From IMG/VR virus record IMGVR_UViG_3300045988_010208: a DNA stretch of 64,000 nucleotides. One strand, 5' to 3'. This stretch comes from a virus. Its lineage: Duplodnaviria > Heunggongvirae > Uroviricota > Caudoviricetes. A program made the position numbers and the translations under genes. The notes beneath the pieces were generated by a model. That model did no database searches. It was given only the letters and a program-made list of their open reading frames with translations, and was not told the origin of the DNA. Every line of letters begins with the position of its first letter. Within the stretch, counting starts at the first letter, position 1. This document shows positions 41,589-52,349 of the stretch, one piece after another.

Positions 41589-41823
41589 GATGTTCTACTT
41601 CTCTGTATGTTCGTCGATAGTTTATAATAAGCTGTGCTAACTCGTTGCTTTTAACATCTGAACGTAGCAGTTGCCAGTCAAAACCTTTACCGACTCTTCC
41701 ATACAAACTAAATAATTTTACTTTGCGTTTCATTTTGGTGTCCCCCCAATACTCAGAGGTCAATACTAATACGTTCGCCCTTAAGGACTCCTGTGCGGTC
41801 TCTTGCAATCTTACCGTCAACAA
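41578..41823 (-). CDS. Hypothetical protein
   Basis: 81-aa ORF. Confidence 0.35.
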   Translation of the reverse strand: MLTVRLQETAQESLRANVLVLTSEYWGDTKMKRKVKLFSLYGRVGKGFDWQLLRSDVKSNELAQLIINYRRTYREVEHREQ

Positions 41824-41980
41824 TAAGGATGTGTGCAGTCCTTAAAGAGTCATGATTAAAACCTTTTACGAACTTGCTAGGCATGACTACAATGGACATC
41901 TCCTGAATTAACTCTGGAGTGTAGCAGTTATCATGAAGTTGCTGAATAACGTCTGCAAGTGTCATTTTTGATGTCTCCAA
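41753..41980 (-). CDS. Hypothetical protein
   Basis: 75-aa ORF overlapping neighbours. Confidence 0.3.
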   Translation of the reverse strand: METSKMTLADVIQQLHDNCYTPELIQEMSIVVMPSKFVKGFNHDSLRTAHILIVDGKIARDRTGVLKGERISIDL

Positions 41981-42171
41981 TATTCAATATCTACAAGCTC
42001 TTGTGCAATGCTTTTCAGATTACCTTTCAAGAAAACCTTCTCAGAACCTGAAAGAGATGAATTGTCAATTAACCTGTTCATTCTCTCAAACAACTTCTGC
42101 TTACGATTTTTGATAGTCTCCTTTGAAGCACCTTTCATCATCGCTGCATGGGTTCTTCCACGATGGCTCAT
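41962..42171 (-). CDS. Hypothetical protein
   Basis: 69-aa basic ORF. Confidence 0.35.
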   Translation of the reverse strand: MSHRGRTHAAMMKGASKETIKNRKQKLFERMNRLIDNSSLSGSEKVFLKGNLKSIAQELVDIEYWRHQK

Positions 42172-42222
42172 AAGCCCTCCTATATAAGATATAGTATAAG
42201 GTACTCTTCCATGAGCACCTTG

Positions 42223-42738
42223 TCAACTTAGTTTTGCAAACTCTCCGTGGAGTTTAATAGCAGCTTCACAGTAAGCTTTATGGGCTTCTTCTTCTGTTGT
42301 GTATGTCCCTATATGTATAGTCTTGCCATTATGGTTAATCTGGGCTATCCACTTACCAGACTTACTTCTACTTGTGCCTTTTAAGTTTTTTGATGTTCTA
42401 GGTTGTCTCCTATTAGACATGTTCTGTTCTTTTGTGGCCTCTCTTAGATTGTCCCAAGCGTTATTCAAACCATCTCCATCTTTGTGGTCAATGTGTTTAT
42501 CAGGCCACTTGCCTGTCATCCAGAACCAAGCAATTCGGTGATTGCCTGTCCTGTATCCTAAAATCTGTGTGTGCATATACACACCAGACCTTGTGCGCTT
42601 AATTGCTCCGGCTGGGCTTCCAATAACCACCCTACTACTGTGTGGAGGTCTGCCAATCCATGTTAAGACCCCTGTTTCGGGGTCATAATCTAACCAAGAT
42701 TTTAACTGTTCATGTGTGAATCCACAATCTCTCATCAA
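42223..42738 (-). CDS. HNH homing endonuclease (HNH_3-like with AP2-like C-terminal region)
   Basis: HNH motif KHIDHKDGDGLNNAWDNLREAT; start overlaps stop of the DNA polymerase gene. Confidence 0.7.
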   Translation of the reverse strand: MMRDCGFTHEQLKSWLDYDPETGVLTWIGRPPHSSRVVIGSPAGAIKRTRSGVYMHTQILGYRTGNHRIAWFWMTGKWPDKHIDHKDGDGLNNAWDNLREATKEQNMSNRRQPRTSKNLKGTSRSKSGKWIAQINHNGKTIHIGTYTTEEEAHKAYCEAAIKLHGEFAKLS

Positions 42739-45464
42739 TGCACCTCATACCAGCTCTTACCAACCTTACCTGTGCCAGTTACAAGCGTCTCACTCTTCAA
42801 ACCTAAATTCTTAGATGCCTGACCATACATCCAGTCAGTTATGGCTTTAACTTCTTGAGTCATACTTTCTGGGCATTCCCAACTGTTTTCATCGTGGTAT
42901 GCCAGCAAAAGCCTAGCACCGATTGCTGGTTTTCGTCCATTTAATTTTGTCAATCCTTCTTCACATGCTCTTCTACAAGCAAGGTTAATTGCCTCATTTT
43001 GAATCTGAGCCTCTGAACCCATGAGCAAATAATTCAATAACTTATGTGGAGATTTACACCACAACCAAGCTCCAGCAACCTTTACAAAACCCCCTTTAGA
43101 GATTGCAGCAGTCTTACCAAACACCTCTTCAAGTGCCTTTTTAGTTGCTTTGTAGTCAGCTTCCAAGTCATCTAGCAGCTTCTTAATTTTAGGCAAACGA
43201 ATAAAGTAAGTCTGTTTAGTCAGCGCACCTTCCTGAGTAGTTGCAGCTTTAATCGTCTTAGCAAACTTCTCATCACCTGCACCGAACAGCAGTGCATAGA
43301 TACCATTCTTAGCTTTCTTACGACCTTTGCTAATCTCATGAAGAAGATTCTCATCCTGAGTAGCTCGACAAGTCAAGATGTCCTGCTCATCATTCAAGCT
43401 AAAGTAAATGCTATTCAGTGTATGCGCATCAGTCCCTGAATAGACAACGTACAGGTCATTCTCAGAGTCATAGCGAAGGTACTTATCAATTTCTGGGTTG
43501 AGGTACTCATCAAAGTGTTTGCAGTAATAGCGTCCATCTTCTTGACGAATAAACTCAATCTCTTCTTTACCTTGCGTTACCGCTTTGGTGAAGTCTTTAT
43601 CACCCATAAAGTTACAAAGCAGAACTAGCTGGGCTGAGTTCATATCTACAGAGACAACGTTAGTACCTTCCTCACAAATCCACACTGCCCTCATTGGTTC
43701 CCCATAGACAGCAGCCCCAGACGGTACGTTTACAATACCATATTGTGTCATACGTCCAGTTGAAGTACCAAACACCATTGCACCAGCACTAAGGCGACCA
43801 TCAGGACGAATCTGGTTCAACCAACCTTTTTCATCATCCTTTGAGTTCTCAATAGTTCTGCGTCGGTGCATCAAAGTATAGTACTTAGCAATCTTCTGTC
43901 CAAGCTCACCTTCAATCGTATCATAGGATGATTCGGTAAGTTTTGGTGAAGTACGGATTAAGCAAGGCTCAAGCAAATCTGTGTATTTCTTCACAGACCA
44001 GTTATGCTCAATGTACTGGACACCTTCATGTTCAACATAACTCAAACCACACCGCTCAACCATTTCCTGCCACTTAGGATGTTTTGTAATCATCTTTTTA
44101 TTGTCTTTGAAACGACAAACTTTGACAGGACGACCATCTGAGTCTTTCTTGTAGTTCCAGTCATCTGGAATCCAACCAACTGATTTCAAGTAGTCTTTAA
44201 CAACTGCTACCTGAGTCATACGAGAAACTTCAAACTCAATTGGTGTATACGGTGCATCAATCAAACCTGTGTAGCGACTTGACTCAAGTTCAAAGTGGTT
44301 AACAACGTGACTGTTATAGTACTTCACAGTTTTAACTGTTTTTACTGGCTTCCAGTCTTTGCATTTCTTACCAATCTTTGCGTTCAACTCATTGCAAATT
44401 GCACGAGCATCCTTCATTGCTACAAAGCCTTCCTTGTACTCTTCACCAGTTACAGTGTTGGTTGGTGTATAGCAATTTCTCTTTTCAATGTTAAAAATCT
44501 TTGTAGTTGGCTTACCAAATGGCTTGATTTCATATGTTTGCATCTCACCATTACGTACCTGCTGACGATACTTTGTCTTAGGGTACTTGGTAATTCTTTT
44601 CAGTCCATCTGCATGACCAAATGTTTCAACATACTCATTCCAAGCTTTTGCAAACTCTTCTCCAGTGACTTTACCTTTGGTCTTAATAGTTGGAGGAAGA
44701 TGTGGTTCAACCTCTGAAGCAAGCTCATTAGTCAACTTGTCAAGTTCCTTTACATGGAACTCCATAAGCTCTTTATCAGCTTTCCAACCATTAATAGCTT
44801 GTTGACTCATCCAGAAAGATGTTTCTTTAGCTCGCATGTAGGTTTCATAAGTGTCTATACCACACTTCTTAAGCTTGAGATACTCATTATCAAGTGCCCG
44901 TTTAGTTTTGGCGTTAATACGGATATCTTCTACAACACGAGTGAAGATTTCTGCATTCCACACACCCCAATGTTCAATCTCTGGTTTACGGACACCAACA
45001 CGAGCACCCCATGCAGCCAAGCCATGAGCACCTTTATAACCCTTTGGAGTTGGTCTATCCATCCACTGAACACGAGACTGGATAAGAGAGTCCTGAAAGA
45101 AATTACTCCACGGTTTACACTTTGGATTATCAAAGTTCCATAAATCAGGTGCAATGTGATTGAAAACCCACCAGTCATAACCGAGACCATTATGGATGCA
45201 AAGACGTTTTGCCTTTAACGCAAATTCAACACCTTCACGTAAACCACCTTTGATGTACTTAGTGTACTTGTGACCGAGGATAGGCTCATCTGTAAAGACC
45301 CATACAGGTGGCTCTTCATCGTCAGATTTATAGTCTGCGAAAGCCATTACGTGAACTTTAGTGAACTCAAGGAGTAAACCATCAGTTTCTGTATCACCAA
45401 CCAAGTGTAAGTTTTTAAAATCTACGTTTTCCATTTTTACTCCCTCTAAAATCATTAACCTCAT
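42735..45464 (-). CDS. DNA polymerase, family A with 3'-5' exonuclease domain
   Basis: 909 aa; Exo I motif DTETDGL near N-terminus, Pol I-like palm/fingers regions; RBS GAGGGAG. Confidence 0.85.
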   Translation of the reverse strand: MRLMILEGVKMENVDFKNLHLVGDTETDGLLLEFTKVHVMAFADYKSDDEEPPVWVFTDEPILGHKYTKYIKGGLREGVEFALKAKRLCIHNGLGYDWWVFNHIAPDLWNFDNPKCKPWSNFFQDSLIQSRVQWMDRPTPKGYKGAHGLAAWGARVGVRKPEIEHWGVWNAEIFTRVVEDIRINAKTKRALDNEYLKLKKCGIDTYETYMRAKETSFWMSQQAINGWKADKELMEFHVKELDKLTNELASEVEPHLPPTIKTKGKVTGEEFAKAWNEYVETFGHADGLKRITKYPKTKYRQQVRNGEMQTYEIKPFGKPTTKIFNIEKRNCYTPTNTVTGEEYKEGFVAMKDARAICNELNAKIGKKCKDWKPVKTVKTVKYYNSHVVNHFELESSRYTGLIDAPYTPIEFEVSRMTQVAVVKDYLKSVGWIPDDWNYKKDSDGRPVKVCRFKDNKKMITKHPKWQEMVERCGLSYVEHEGVQYIEHNWSVKKYTDLLEPCLIRTSPKLTESSYDTIEGELGQKIAKYYTLMHRRRTIENSKDDEKGWLNQIRPDGRLSAGAMVFGTSTGRMTQYGIVNVPSGAAVYGEPMRAVWICEEGTNVVSVDMNSAQLVLLCNFMGDKDFTKAVTQGKEEIEFIRQEDGRYYCKHFDEYLNPEIDKYLRYDSENDLYVVYSGTDAHTLNSIYFSLNDEQDILTCRATQDENLLHEISKGRKKAKNGIYALLFGAGDEKFAKTIKAATTQEGALTKQTYFIRLPKIKKLLDDLEADYKATKKALEEVFGKTAAISKGGFVKVAGAWLWCKSPHKLLNYLLMGSEAQIQNEAINLACRRACEEGLTKLNGRKPAIGARLLLAYHDENSWECPESMTQEVKAITDWMYGQASKNLGLKSETLVTGTGKVGKSWYEVH

Positions 45465-45504
45465 ACATTACTGCAAAAAATTATAAAAAGCAAGTTGACA
45501 ATGC

Positions 45505-45517
45505 ACTTGACAAGGTG
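45505..45517 (+). promoter_or_regulatory. Conserved 13-mer ACTTGACAAGGTG (copy 2 of 3)
   Basis: In the AT-rich divergent region between the DNA polymerase gene and the plus-strand early operon. Confidence 0.5.
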
Positions 45518-45691
45518 TTAATCTTTGCGAAGTGGGTTTTTACTTAAAAGGTTACTTAACAGTTTAACTATACAGATACTTTAAAACTCTTAAAAGATTA
45601 TTTAATAGCTTTTAAAAAGCTTTAAAGTATAACGTATAGAATACGTTAAGATAAAAGATTAAAACTTAATAGTTACTTAAAAGAGGCTTAC

Positions 45692-46114
45692 ATGCAGAAA
45701 ATGTTTGTTCACCCAGACATAGCTGACTTTGTTAGAGCTTTGCAGAAGTTGGAAGAACTTGACATTGCTGCTCAACGGGAATATGTTCACCATCACAGGA
45801 GAATGGTTGATATACAACATGAAATAGAGTTATCTGAAAACTATGAAGATGACTTAAAATGCTCTGTATTTGAGCATATGAAAGATGTTGCTACAGCGAG
45901 ACGTAAAGCTAAAGACACAGTTGCTTTACTAGATTCTCTTAAAAAGAGGTTGCAAAGTGGTACAGACCTGTGTAATCTAGCGTCACTGATTAACGATGTT
46001 GAAACTTCTTGGGATAGGCACTATTATCCACGTTCTGAAAAGACACTTGACTTTTCTTCATCAGAAAACTTAAAATGTTCTAGAAAGAAGCTTAACCAAC
46101 TGAGAGAGAAATAA
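45692..46114 (+). CDS. Hypothetical protein
   Basis: 140-aa ORF, first gene of plus-strand unit. Confidence 0.5.
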   Translation: MQKMFVHPDIADFVRALQKLEELDIAAQREYVHHHRRMVDIQHEIELSENYEDDLKCSVFEHMKDVATARRKAKDTVALLDSLKKRLQSGTDLCNLASLINDVETSWDRHYYPRSEKTLDFSSSENLKCSRKKLNQLREK

Positions 46115-46115
46115 T

Positions 46116-46916
46116 ATGAATATCGATGTAGAAAAGATGCTTGAAGAAAAAGGTATTGACGAAGCGTTCTTAATCAATGCCGTAGAAAGCATGGCTATGA
46201 TTCTTCGTGGCAACAACTACACAGAACAGTTTATGCCTGCAAGTTATAACTTGCCTGAAGACAAGTCTGATAACGGTGCTTTTGCAGAACAGGTCAACAT
46301 GATGCTTTGCGACAAAACACTCGCTTTAGCATCTATCGTTGTAGGTGTTGATGCTCTTGCAGAGTTCATTTTTTATGAGATGCAGAAAAATGACTATATT
46401 GCCATGACCACTGAAGAAAAAGACTTGCTACTACTCGCAGGTAATGATGAACTAATTGACCTGTTAATTTCATCAACAAGTGCTGTTATGGCTGCTCTTG
46501 AGAAGCGTATGGAAGAGAAACTTTCACGATATGAAAAACTTGATTGGGGCGTAGAAGAACTAAACCCACGAATCAAGGAGATTATCCAGCAAACTAAAGA
46601 GTCTTTGGAAGAAGCTGTTGAAAATGACTCTGTAGCTGATATAGAACCACTTCAGGTGAAAGTTGCACTGATGATTCCAGCTATCTCTACGATGATGAAT
46701 ATCGTTGCACTAATCCAGCTTTCACAGATGATGGGTGTGAGTATTGAGTTCATTGAGGAGATGACTGGCGGTGTCAGTATGCAAGCAATCAATGATGTTT
46801 TGGTGAACATTGGTGCTTCAATCATTGAAGAGAAACTGCGCATTAACTTCGGTGATGATTTTGTGAAGCAAATCTCAGCTATGGCTGAAAAAGAGTCTGC
46901 TGAGCAACTGCACTAA
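46116..46916 (+). CDS. Hypothetical acidic protein
   Basis: 266-aa ORF. Confidence 0.5.
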   Translation: MNIDVEKMLEEKGIDEAFLINAVESMAMILRGNNYTEQFMPASYNLPEDKSDNGAFAEQVNMMLCDKTLALASIVVGVDALAEFIFYEMQKNDYIAMTTEEKDLLLLAGNDELIDLLISSTSAVMAALEKRMEEKLSRYEKLDWGVEELNPRIKEIIQQTKESLEEAVENDSVADIEPLQVKVALMIPAISTMMNIVALIQLSQMMGVSIEFIEEMTGGVSMQAINDVLVNIGASIIEEKLRINFGDDFVKQISAMAEKESAEQLH

Positions 46917-46977
46917 GCCTTTATAAATCTTACAAGCCTCCTTAGTTGGGGGCTTTTTAGTAATTAATGGAGATAAA

Positions 46978-47721
46978 ATGAGTAAAATCATCGCATTTAC
47001 TGGAAAGGCACGTTCTGGAAAAGACACCTCATGTTCTATTGTGAAGAACATCTTAGAAGATGAGTACGGCTACAATGTTGAAGTAATGGCCTTTGCAGAC
47101 AACCTTAAACTATCTGCATCAAAGATATTTGACTTGACTTGGAATGACCTGTACGGTGAAACTAAAGAGACTCCACAGGTTTTTGACTTATCATATCCTG
47201 AACTGATGTCAAAAGTTACGGAAGCTATGGAGTTCACCTTCAGAGATGAACGTTACCATATGGACTTCAAGCTTATGTCAGAGTTAACCGGACGACTAAT
47301 CATGGAGCTTAAGAAGGTTGCTAAACCGACTCTATTGACACGTCTGGGGTTTAGCAAAAAGTATAAATTCTCATCAAGACAAATTCAACAGATTTGGGGT
47401 ACTGAAGTTGTCCGTAAAGTAATGGGCGACAAGTTCTGGTCTAAAGACCTTGAAAAAAGAATGGTTATATTCCATGAAATGTGCTCACTTAGAAATCAAT
47501 ATGGTTTTGTCTTAATCAGTGATTTAAGATTTGACTCTGAAGCTGAATGGCTGAGTAGATTTGCACACCAAACTATTGAAGTAAAAAGAGACAATGTGGA
47601 CAAAGTTTCATCACATGTTTCAGAAAATGGGATTTCTACAAAATATGAGCGTGACATTATTCATAATAATGGTACTCTTGCAGACCTTGAGAACAAGCTA
47701 AGAGCCATCATTAAAGTTTAA
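46978..47721 (+). CDS. Deoxynucleoside monophosphate kinase-like P-loop protein
   Basis: N-terminal P-loop IAFTGKARSGKDT resembling phage dNMP kinases. Confidence 0.6.
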   Translation: MSKIIAFTGKARSGKDTSCSIVKNILEDEYGYNVEVMAFADNLKLSASKIFDLTWNDLYGETKETPQVFDLSYPELMSKVTEAMEFTFRDERYHMDFKLMSELTGRLIMELKKVAKPTLLTRLGFSKKYKFSSRQIQQIWGTEVVRKVMGDKFWSKDLEKRMVIFHEMCSLRNQYGFVLISDLRFDSEAEWLSRFAHQTIEVKRDNVDKVSSHVSENGISTKYERDIIHNNGTLADLENKLRAIIKV

Positions 47722-47729
47722 AAGAGAGA

Positions 47730-47930
47730 ATGAAGATGAGAGTAAAAGACAATTTTAAAGTTATTGACCACCGTTTAGTGGAACTCTCATCTCTTTCCAA
47801 TGAGGTAATGATTGAACGTCTTAAGAGAGTTGAATCACGAAGGAAAGAGATTGCAGATGAAATTCATGAACTGGACAAGATTGAAAATGGATTAAAAGCA
47901 GAACTACAACGAAGAGGTGCTAATGTCTAA
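47730..47930 (+). CDS. Hypothetical coiled-coil protein
   Basis: 66-aa ORF. Confidence 0.4.
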   Translation: MKMRVKDNFKVIDHRLVELSSLSNEVMIERLKRVESRRKEIADEIHELDKIENGLKAELQRRGANV

Positions 47931-49908
47931 AGGTCGTAAATTGAAAGAGGCTGGTCAGTTTATTGGTCATTGTGCATGTCCACGTTGTGGTTCATCAGAT
48001 GCTGGTTCAATCTATCATCATGACGATGATTCTTATTCGATGACTTGCTTTAGCTGTAACAAAGGTTTCCCAGAGTGGGATTTTGATAAAGGGCAAATCG
48101 TGAGCACTTATTCTACTGGTTCAGACAATAAAAACCGTACTTTCCGTGGAATGGATTTAGTCGATGTAAAAGAAAACCTTGAAGCAATGGACTTGAAAGA
48201 CAGGAAGATTCCTGCAAAAGTTCTTGAGCGTTTGGGTATTAAGGTTGACATTGACAGTGATGGTGAAATTGATGCGCATTTCTATCCAACTTACAAACGT
48301 AATGAAGATGGTAAGCTAGAGCACGTCGGTTACCGTGTACGTCATCGTTATCCAGAAGACCATCCAAAAGAGCACCTACGCGGTAAGCTAAAAGACTTCT
48401 CAGGTGGTGTTGGAGACATTAAAGGTGAACTGGCAATGTTCGGTTCATGGATTGCTCCAGAAGGTGGTAACCGTCTATTCATCTGGGAAGGTGAGATGGA
48501 ATGTGCGACAGCAATCTATATGACTTCTCTTGCGATTAAGGACAAATCTCGTCGTAAGAATTACTGTCACGTATCTGTTCCATCAGGTGCAAACATTAAG
48601 TCTATCAAAGACAACTATCAGTACATCACATCATTTGACGAGATTTACTTGTGCTTTGATAACGATGAAGCAGGTGCTAAAGCTACTAAAGAGGCTGCTG
48701 GCATCCTCCCTATCGAAAAGGTTCGTTTGTTCCAGTATCCAGAGGGTGTAAAAGACCTTAACGAATGGTGGACAAAGTTCTATAAAGAGAAAGATACAGT
48801 TCTGGAAGGATTTAAGCAGCGTATCTACAATGCACCCCGTTACTGCCCTGCTGGTATCAAGAACTTCGCAGATGGTTTTGAGGCAATGAAGAATCGTGGT
48901 CAGATTCCATTGATTCCTTTCCCAGAATCTTTCGGAGATTTGAACAGACTGACTTATGGTGGTTATGGTCTAGGTGAGATTACAACTCTGGCAGCACCAT
49001 CTTCAGTGGGTAAATCAGCATACACTCGTGAAATGATTTACACTGCTTGGAAAGATACCGATTACAATATTGGTGTAATTCCTGTAGAGGATACCTATGA
49101 AGAGTTGATGGAGATGCTCTGTGCAATCCACCTGAGCAAGCAGATTTCTGAGATTCCTTATGACGAACGTGATTGGGATGAATTGAAGGAAGCACATGCA
49201 GAACTGTCTAAAGGTCGTCGTATCCACATCGTTGACCATCAAGGGGCAATTGACCAAGATAACTTGCTGGAATTTGTTGACTATCTTGTTAACAGTTTAG
49301 ACTGTAAGATTATTATTCTTGACCCTATTACGTTGGCTCTGTCACGTTCAGATACGGATGAAGAGGAAGTTTTGTCTGAGCTATTGCGTCGTTGCAAACG
49401 CTACCAGTATGCACAGGTGAACGTCTGTCACGTTCGTAAGAGTGCAGGTGGTCAGAAGGCTAACTCTGAAGGTGGAGATATCTCTGAAGAGGATATTAAA
49501 GGTTCTGGTGCGTATTTCCAGATTTCTATGAACAACATCCTGTTAATGCGTAACAAAGTTGACCCAGACCCTGTTAAGAAAAACTTGACAAAAATCAAGC
49601 TAACTAAATGTCGTCGTCACGGTAAGTCAACGGGTATTGCTGGTCATACTTGGTACAATCCAGATACAGGACGCCTCATCAAAGCATCTGGTTGCGGAGT
49701 TGACATTGATGGTGCAGCAGAAAATATTCGCCAACAGTTTGGTATTGGTGAAGCTGAAGACCATTACGATGACTCTTTGCCACATTATGAGGATGAAGTA
49801 TTTGACCGTGAGACTGGTGAAGTCTATACTGAAGAGCAGCGCCAAAGCTCAACGATTCCACCTGTATTAAGTGAGGATGCAGATGACTGCCCATTCGAAA
49901 CTGAGTGA
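47917..49908 (+). CDS. Primase-helicase (T7 gp4-like bifunctional)
   Basis: N-terminal zinc-binding CPRCG ... CFSCN, central TOPRIM-like region, DnaB-like helicase Walker A (AAPSSVGKSAYT) and Walker B (IIILDP). Confidence 0.8.
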   Translation: MLMSKGRKLKEAGQFIGHCACPRCGSSDAGSIYHHDDDSYSMTCFSCNKGFPEWDFDKGQIVSTYSTGSDNKNRTFRGMDLVDVKENLEAMDLKDRKIPAKVLERLGIKVDIDSDGEIDAHFYPTYKRNEDGKLEHVGYRVRHRYPEDHPKEHLRGKLKDFSGGVGDIKGELAMFGSWIAPEGGNRLFIWEGEMECATAIYMTSLAIKDKSRRKNYCHVSVPSGANIKSIKDNYQYITSFDEIYLCFDNDEAGAKATKEAAGILPIEKVRLFQYPEGVKDLNEWWTKFYKEKDTVLEGFKQRIYNAPRYCPAGIKNFADGFEAMKNRGQIPLIPFPESFGDLNRLTYGGYGLGEITTLAAPSSVGKSAYTREMIYTAWKDTDYNIGVIPVEDTYEELMEMLCAIHLSKQISEIPYDERDWDELKEAHAELSKGRRIHIVDHQGAIDQDNLLEFVDYLVNSLDCKIIILDPITLALSRSDTDEEEVLSELLRRCKRYQYAQVNVCHVRKSAGGQKANSEGGDISEEDIKGSGAYFQISMNNILLMRNKVDPDPVKKNLTKIKLTKCRRHGKSTGIAGHTWYNPDTGRLIKASGCGVDIDGAAENIRQQFGIGEAEDHYDDSLPHYEDEVFDRETGEVYTEEQRQSSTIPPVLSEDADDCPFETE

Positions 49909-50164
49909 TAGTTATAAAAGAGAGGGGTTCACACCCTTCTTTGAAGAAAAAAGTTTAAATAAATTTCAGGAAGAGTGTTTGACAAAGATTGATAGGTTCT
50001 ATAGAATGCTCCTTATGAAATGCGATGGGGAAGTTGAGATAAAAGAAGATTTCCACCAAAGCATGATTACAGTCATCATTGCGCTGCCTCAGCATAATAT
50101 TAGCTGGCTGTTTATAATTAAAGAAAATGTGTTTGAATATCAAGTATATCGGAGAATATCATGA
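49871..50164 (+). CDS. Hypothetical protein
   Basis: 97-aa ORF overlapping end of primase-helicase gene. Confidence 0.35.
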   Translation: MRMQMTAHSKLSDSYKREGFTPFFEEKSLNKFQEECLTKIDRFYRMLLMKCDGEVEIKEDFHQSMITVIIALPQHNISWLFIIKENVFEYQVYRRIS

Positions 50165-50310
50165 AACACTCTAAAGCATTTGAAAAAGTTTTTGGGGATT
50201 CCTTAAAAGCCACTGCTGGAAAACCAGCAAAATACTATGAAGAGAAACGTGTAAGAACTGGAAAAACTGCACGTAAAGCAGCTTCTAAAGATAAGCACAA
50301 CTTCCAGTAA
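50161..50310 (+). CDS. Small basic protein (not in ORF track, <60 aa)
   Basis: 49-codon ORF MKHSKAFEKVFGDSLKATAGKPAKYYEEKRVRTGKTARKAASKDKHNFQ with GGAG RBS and ATGA overlap with the upstream gene. Confidence 0.3.
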   Translation: MKHSKAFEKVFGDSLKATAGKPAKYYEEKRVRTGKTARKAASKDKHNFQ

Positions 50311-50317
50311 TTAGTAT

Positions 50318-50346
50318 TTGACAATAGAGTATCAACAAATTAGAAT
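50318..50346 (+). promoter_or_regulatory. Strong sigma70-like promoter (TTGACA, 17 nt, TAGAAT) upstream of SSB-like gene
   Basis: Consensus -35, 17-nt spacer, near-consensus -10; downstream gene has strong RBS GAGG. Confidence 0.6.
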
Positions 50347-50382
50347 TGGTACTCTTCATAAATTGAGATAGAGGTTTAAATA

Positions 50383-51240
50383 ATGTCTAAAGTTGTTAAA
50401 ATGAAAGCTCCGGTAGAGAAGTACAACGGTACTGAACGTCAAACTCTGCGTTACCTGCTGAAAGATGTCTGGTTTTATTACCTGAACACTTCACCACGTC
50501 CGGGGAAAGGTAAGTCTATTGATAAAAAATTCCCAGGAAAAGATTGTAACTACAGCGTATCAATTCTGGCAGAGGACGGTAACAAACTGTTTAAAGAGTT
50601 TACTAAGTCTAAGAAAAATCCAGAAGGCTGGGATAAAGTTACTACTGAAGCAGTTGATGCAGATGACTTCGAAGAGAAGTTTGGTTGTAAACCACCTTTT
50701 GAAGCAGATACTTACTACATCTTGAAAGTAAGTCGTGCAGCAGCTTATAAAGATGGTGCTGTATGGACAGCTAAACAGTCATTCCCTGTAATGCTGATTG
50801 AAGAAGTAAATGGTAAGCGTGTAGCTGTTAAGCAGCCGATGAAGAAAATCAAAGCTCAAGCATCTGATAAACATGAAGATGACAAGAACTATGACGTAAT
50901 TCATCCAGATATCGCAGTTGGTAACGGTTCTTTTGGTAGTGTGATTCTTTCTACTCACTTCTACACTTTTGAGAACAATGTTCTGACAAAACCTATTCAG
51001 GAACAGTTTATCATTGATACTCTTGTACCTTACACTGGTGGCAACGGTGCTAACGGTGAGCCTGAACTGGATGAAGATGAACTGGCTATGCTTGGTCTTG
51101 ATGGTGTTGAAGATAACGGTGAAATCACTGAAGAAGACGCAACAGACCATAAATCTTCGAATGCTTCTGATGATGGTGATGATGAAGATTTGCCAGACCC
51201 AGATGACGAAGAAGATGAAGACTTCGATACAGAAGACTAA
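50383..51240 (+). CDS. Single-stranded DNA-binding protein-like, with acidic C-terminal tail
   Basis: 285 aa; C-terminal 60 aa highly acidic ending DFDTED, typical of phage SSBs; high-expression codon usage. Confidence 0.55.
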   Translation: MSKVVKMKAPVEKYNGTERQTLRYLLKDVWFYYLNTSPRPGKGKSIDKKFPGKDCNYSVSILAEDGNKLFKEFTKSKKNPEGWDKVTTEAVDADDFEEKFGCKPPFEADTYYILKVSRAAAYKDGAVWTAKQSFPVMLIEEVNGKRVAVKQPMKKIKAQASDKHEDDKNYDVIHPDIAVGNGSFGSVILSTHFYTFENNVLTKPIQEQFIIDTLVPYTGGNGANGEPELDEDELAMLGLDGVEDNGEITEEDATDHKSSNASDDGDDEDLPDPDDEEDEDFDTED

Positions 51241-51302
51241 TCTCTAAAAGTTACTTTAAAGCCCTGTACTTAGTATGGGGCTTTTTCATATGGAGAGCCA
51301 TA

Positions 51303-52349
51303 ATGGAGAAGTACACATTAACAAAACTTCCCGATTCAGTTACACATGTTTTTATTGACTCTGACAGCATTGCCTATAAAGGTGCTTGTGTAGTTGAGAA
51401 AGCAAAATATAAATATGTCAATAAACTCACAGCAGAAGAATCTGATTCGTTTGATAATGCAAAAGATGCTGCAAGATGGTTAGCAGACCAGAGAATCCTT
51501 GTGGAAGAGCTTGGTCTGACATTTGATGAAGATGAATGGGAAAGACAGACTTGGAAAGAAGCTAAGAGTGAAAAAGAAGCTATCATGGCTACTCAACAGG
51601 TGCTTCAGGAATGGCTTAAGGTTGTTGGTAAAAAAAGAACTTGGGTAGGTTATTTAACAGAGAAAGGTGTGCATAAACATAAAGACATTAAAGGTCTTGA
51701 GCACCAATATCAAGGTAACCGTAAAGATGCTGTCACACCAACACACTTAGTTGCTTGTCGTGAATATCTTCTGTCAAGACCAGAGTTCAAATTGATTCTT
51801 GATGGATTTGAAGCTGACTCTATCGTTATTGCTAAAGCTGAAAAGATGGGTAAAAAGGCTGCCTTAATGAGTATTGATAAAGACCTTCGCCAAGCTGAAG
51901 GGACTTACTGCATTGATATGACCTATGAAAAGTCACCTTTGATTTTCATTGCTGACAACAACGTAGGTGAAATTTGGGATTGCCCAATAAAATCGACACC
52001 AAAAGCTAAGAAGACAGTTGGGGTAGGTTTTAAATTTCTTTGCTATCAAGCCGTGGCTGGTGATAATGCGGATAATTATTTTGGCTTAAAAGGTGTTGGC
52101 AAGGTTACTATAATGAAAGCCCTTGAGGGTAAAACCACTTACAAAGAGTGTCTTGATGCAATTTATGAGCTTTATGCTAAGAAAGAGTCATACACTTATG
52201 TCTCGTGGGATGGTCAAACAATTACCAGAACACCTTTAGAGTTAATGCAGCAACACTTTTTCTTAGCTTATCAGGAAAGAAACAAGAAAGACGATTTCAC
52301 TTTTGATAAGTATGGGTGGACACCAAATGTTAACTCAACAAACTCTTAA
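51303..52349 (+). CDS. 5'-3' exonuclease / flap endonuclease
   Basis: H3TH-like motif GDNADNYFGLKGVGKVTIMKAL and acidic N-terminal catalytic residues. Confidence 0.7.
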   Translation: MEKYTLTKLPDSVTHVFIDSDSIAYKGACVVEKAKYKYVNKLTAEESDSFDNAKDAARWLADQRILVEELGLTFDEDEWERQTWKEAKSEKEAIMATQQVLQEWLKVVGKKRTWVGYLTEKGVHKHKDIKGLEHQYQGNRKDAVTPTHLVACREYLLSRPEFKLILDGFEADSIVIAKAEKMGKKAALMSIDKDLRQAEGTYCIDMTYEKSPLIFIADNNVGEIWDCPIKSTPKAKKTVGVGFKFLCYQAVAGDNADNYFGLKGVGKVTIMKALEGKTTYKECLDAIYELYAKKESYTYVSWDGQTITRTPLELMQQHFFLAYQERNKKDDFTFDKYGWTPNVNSTNS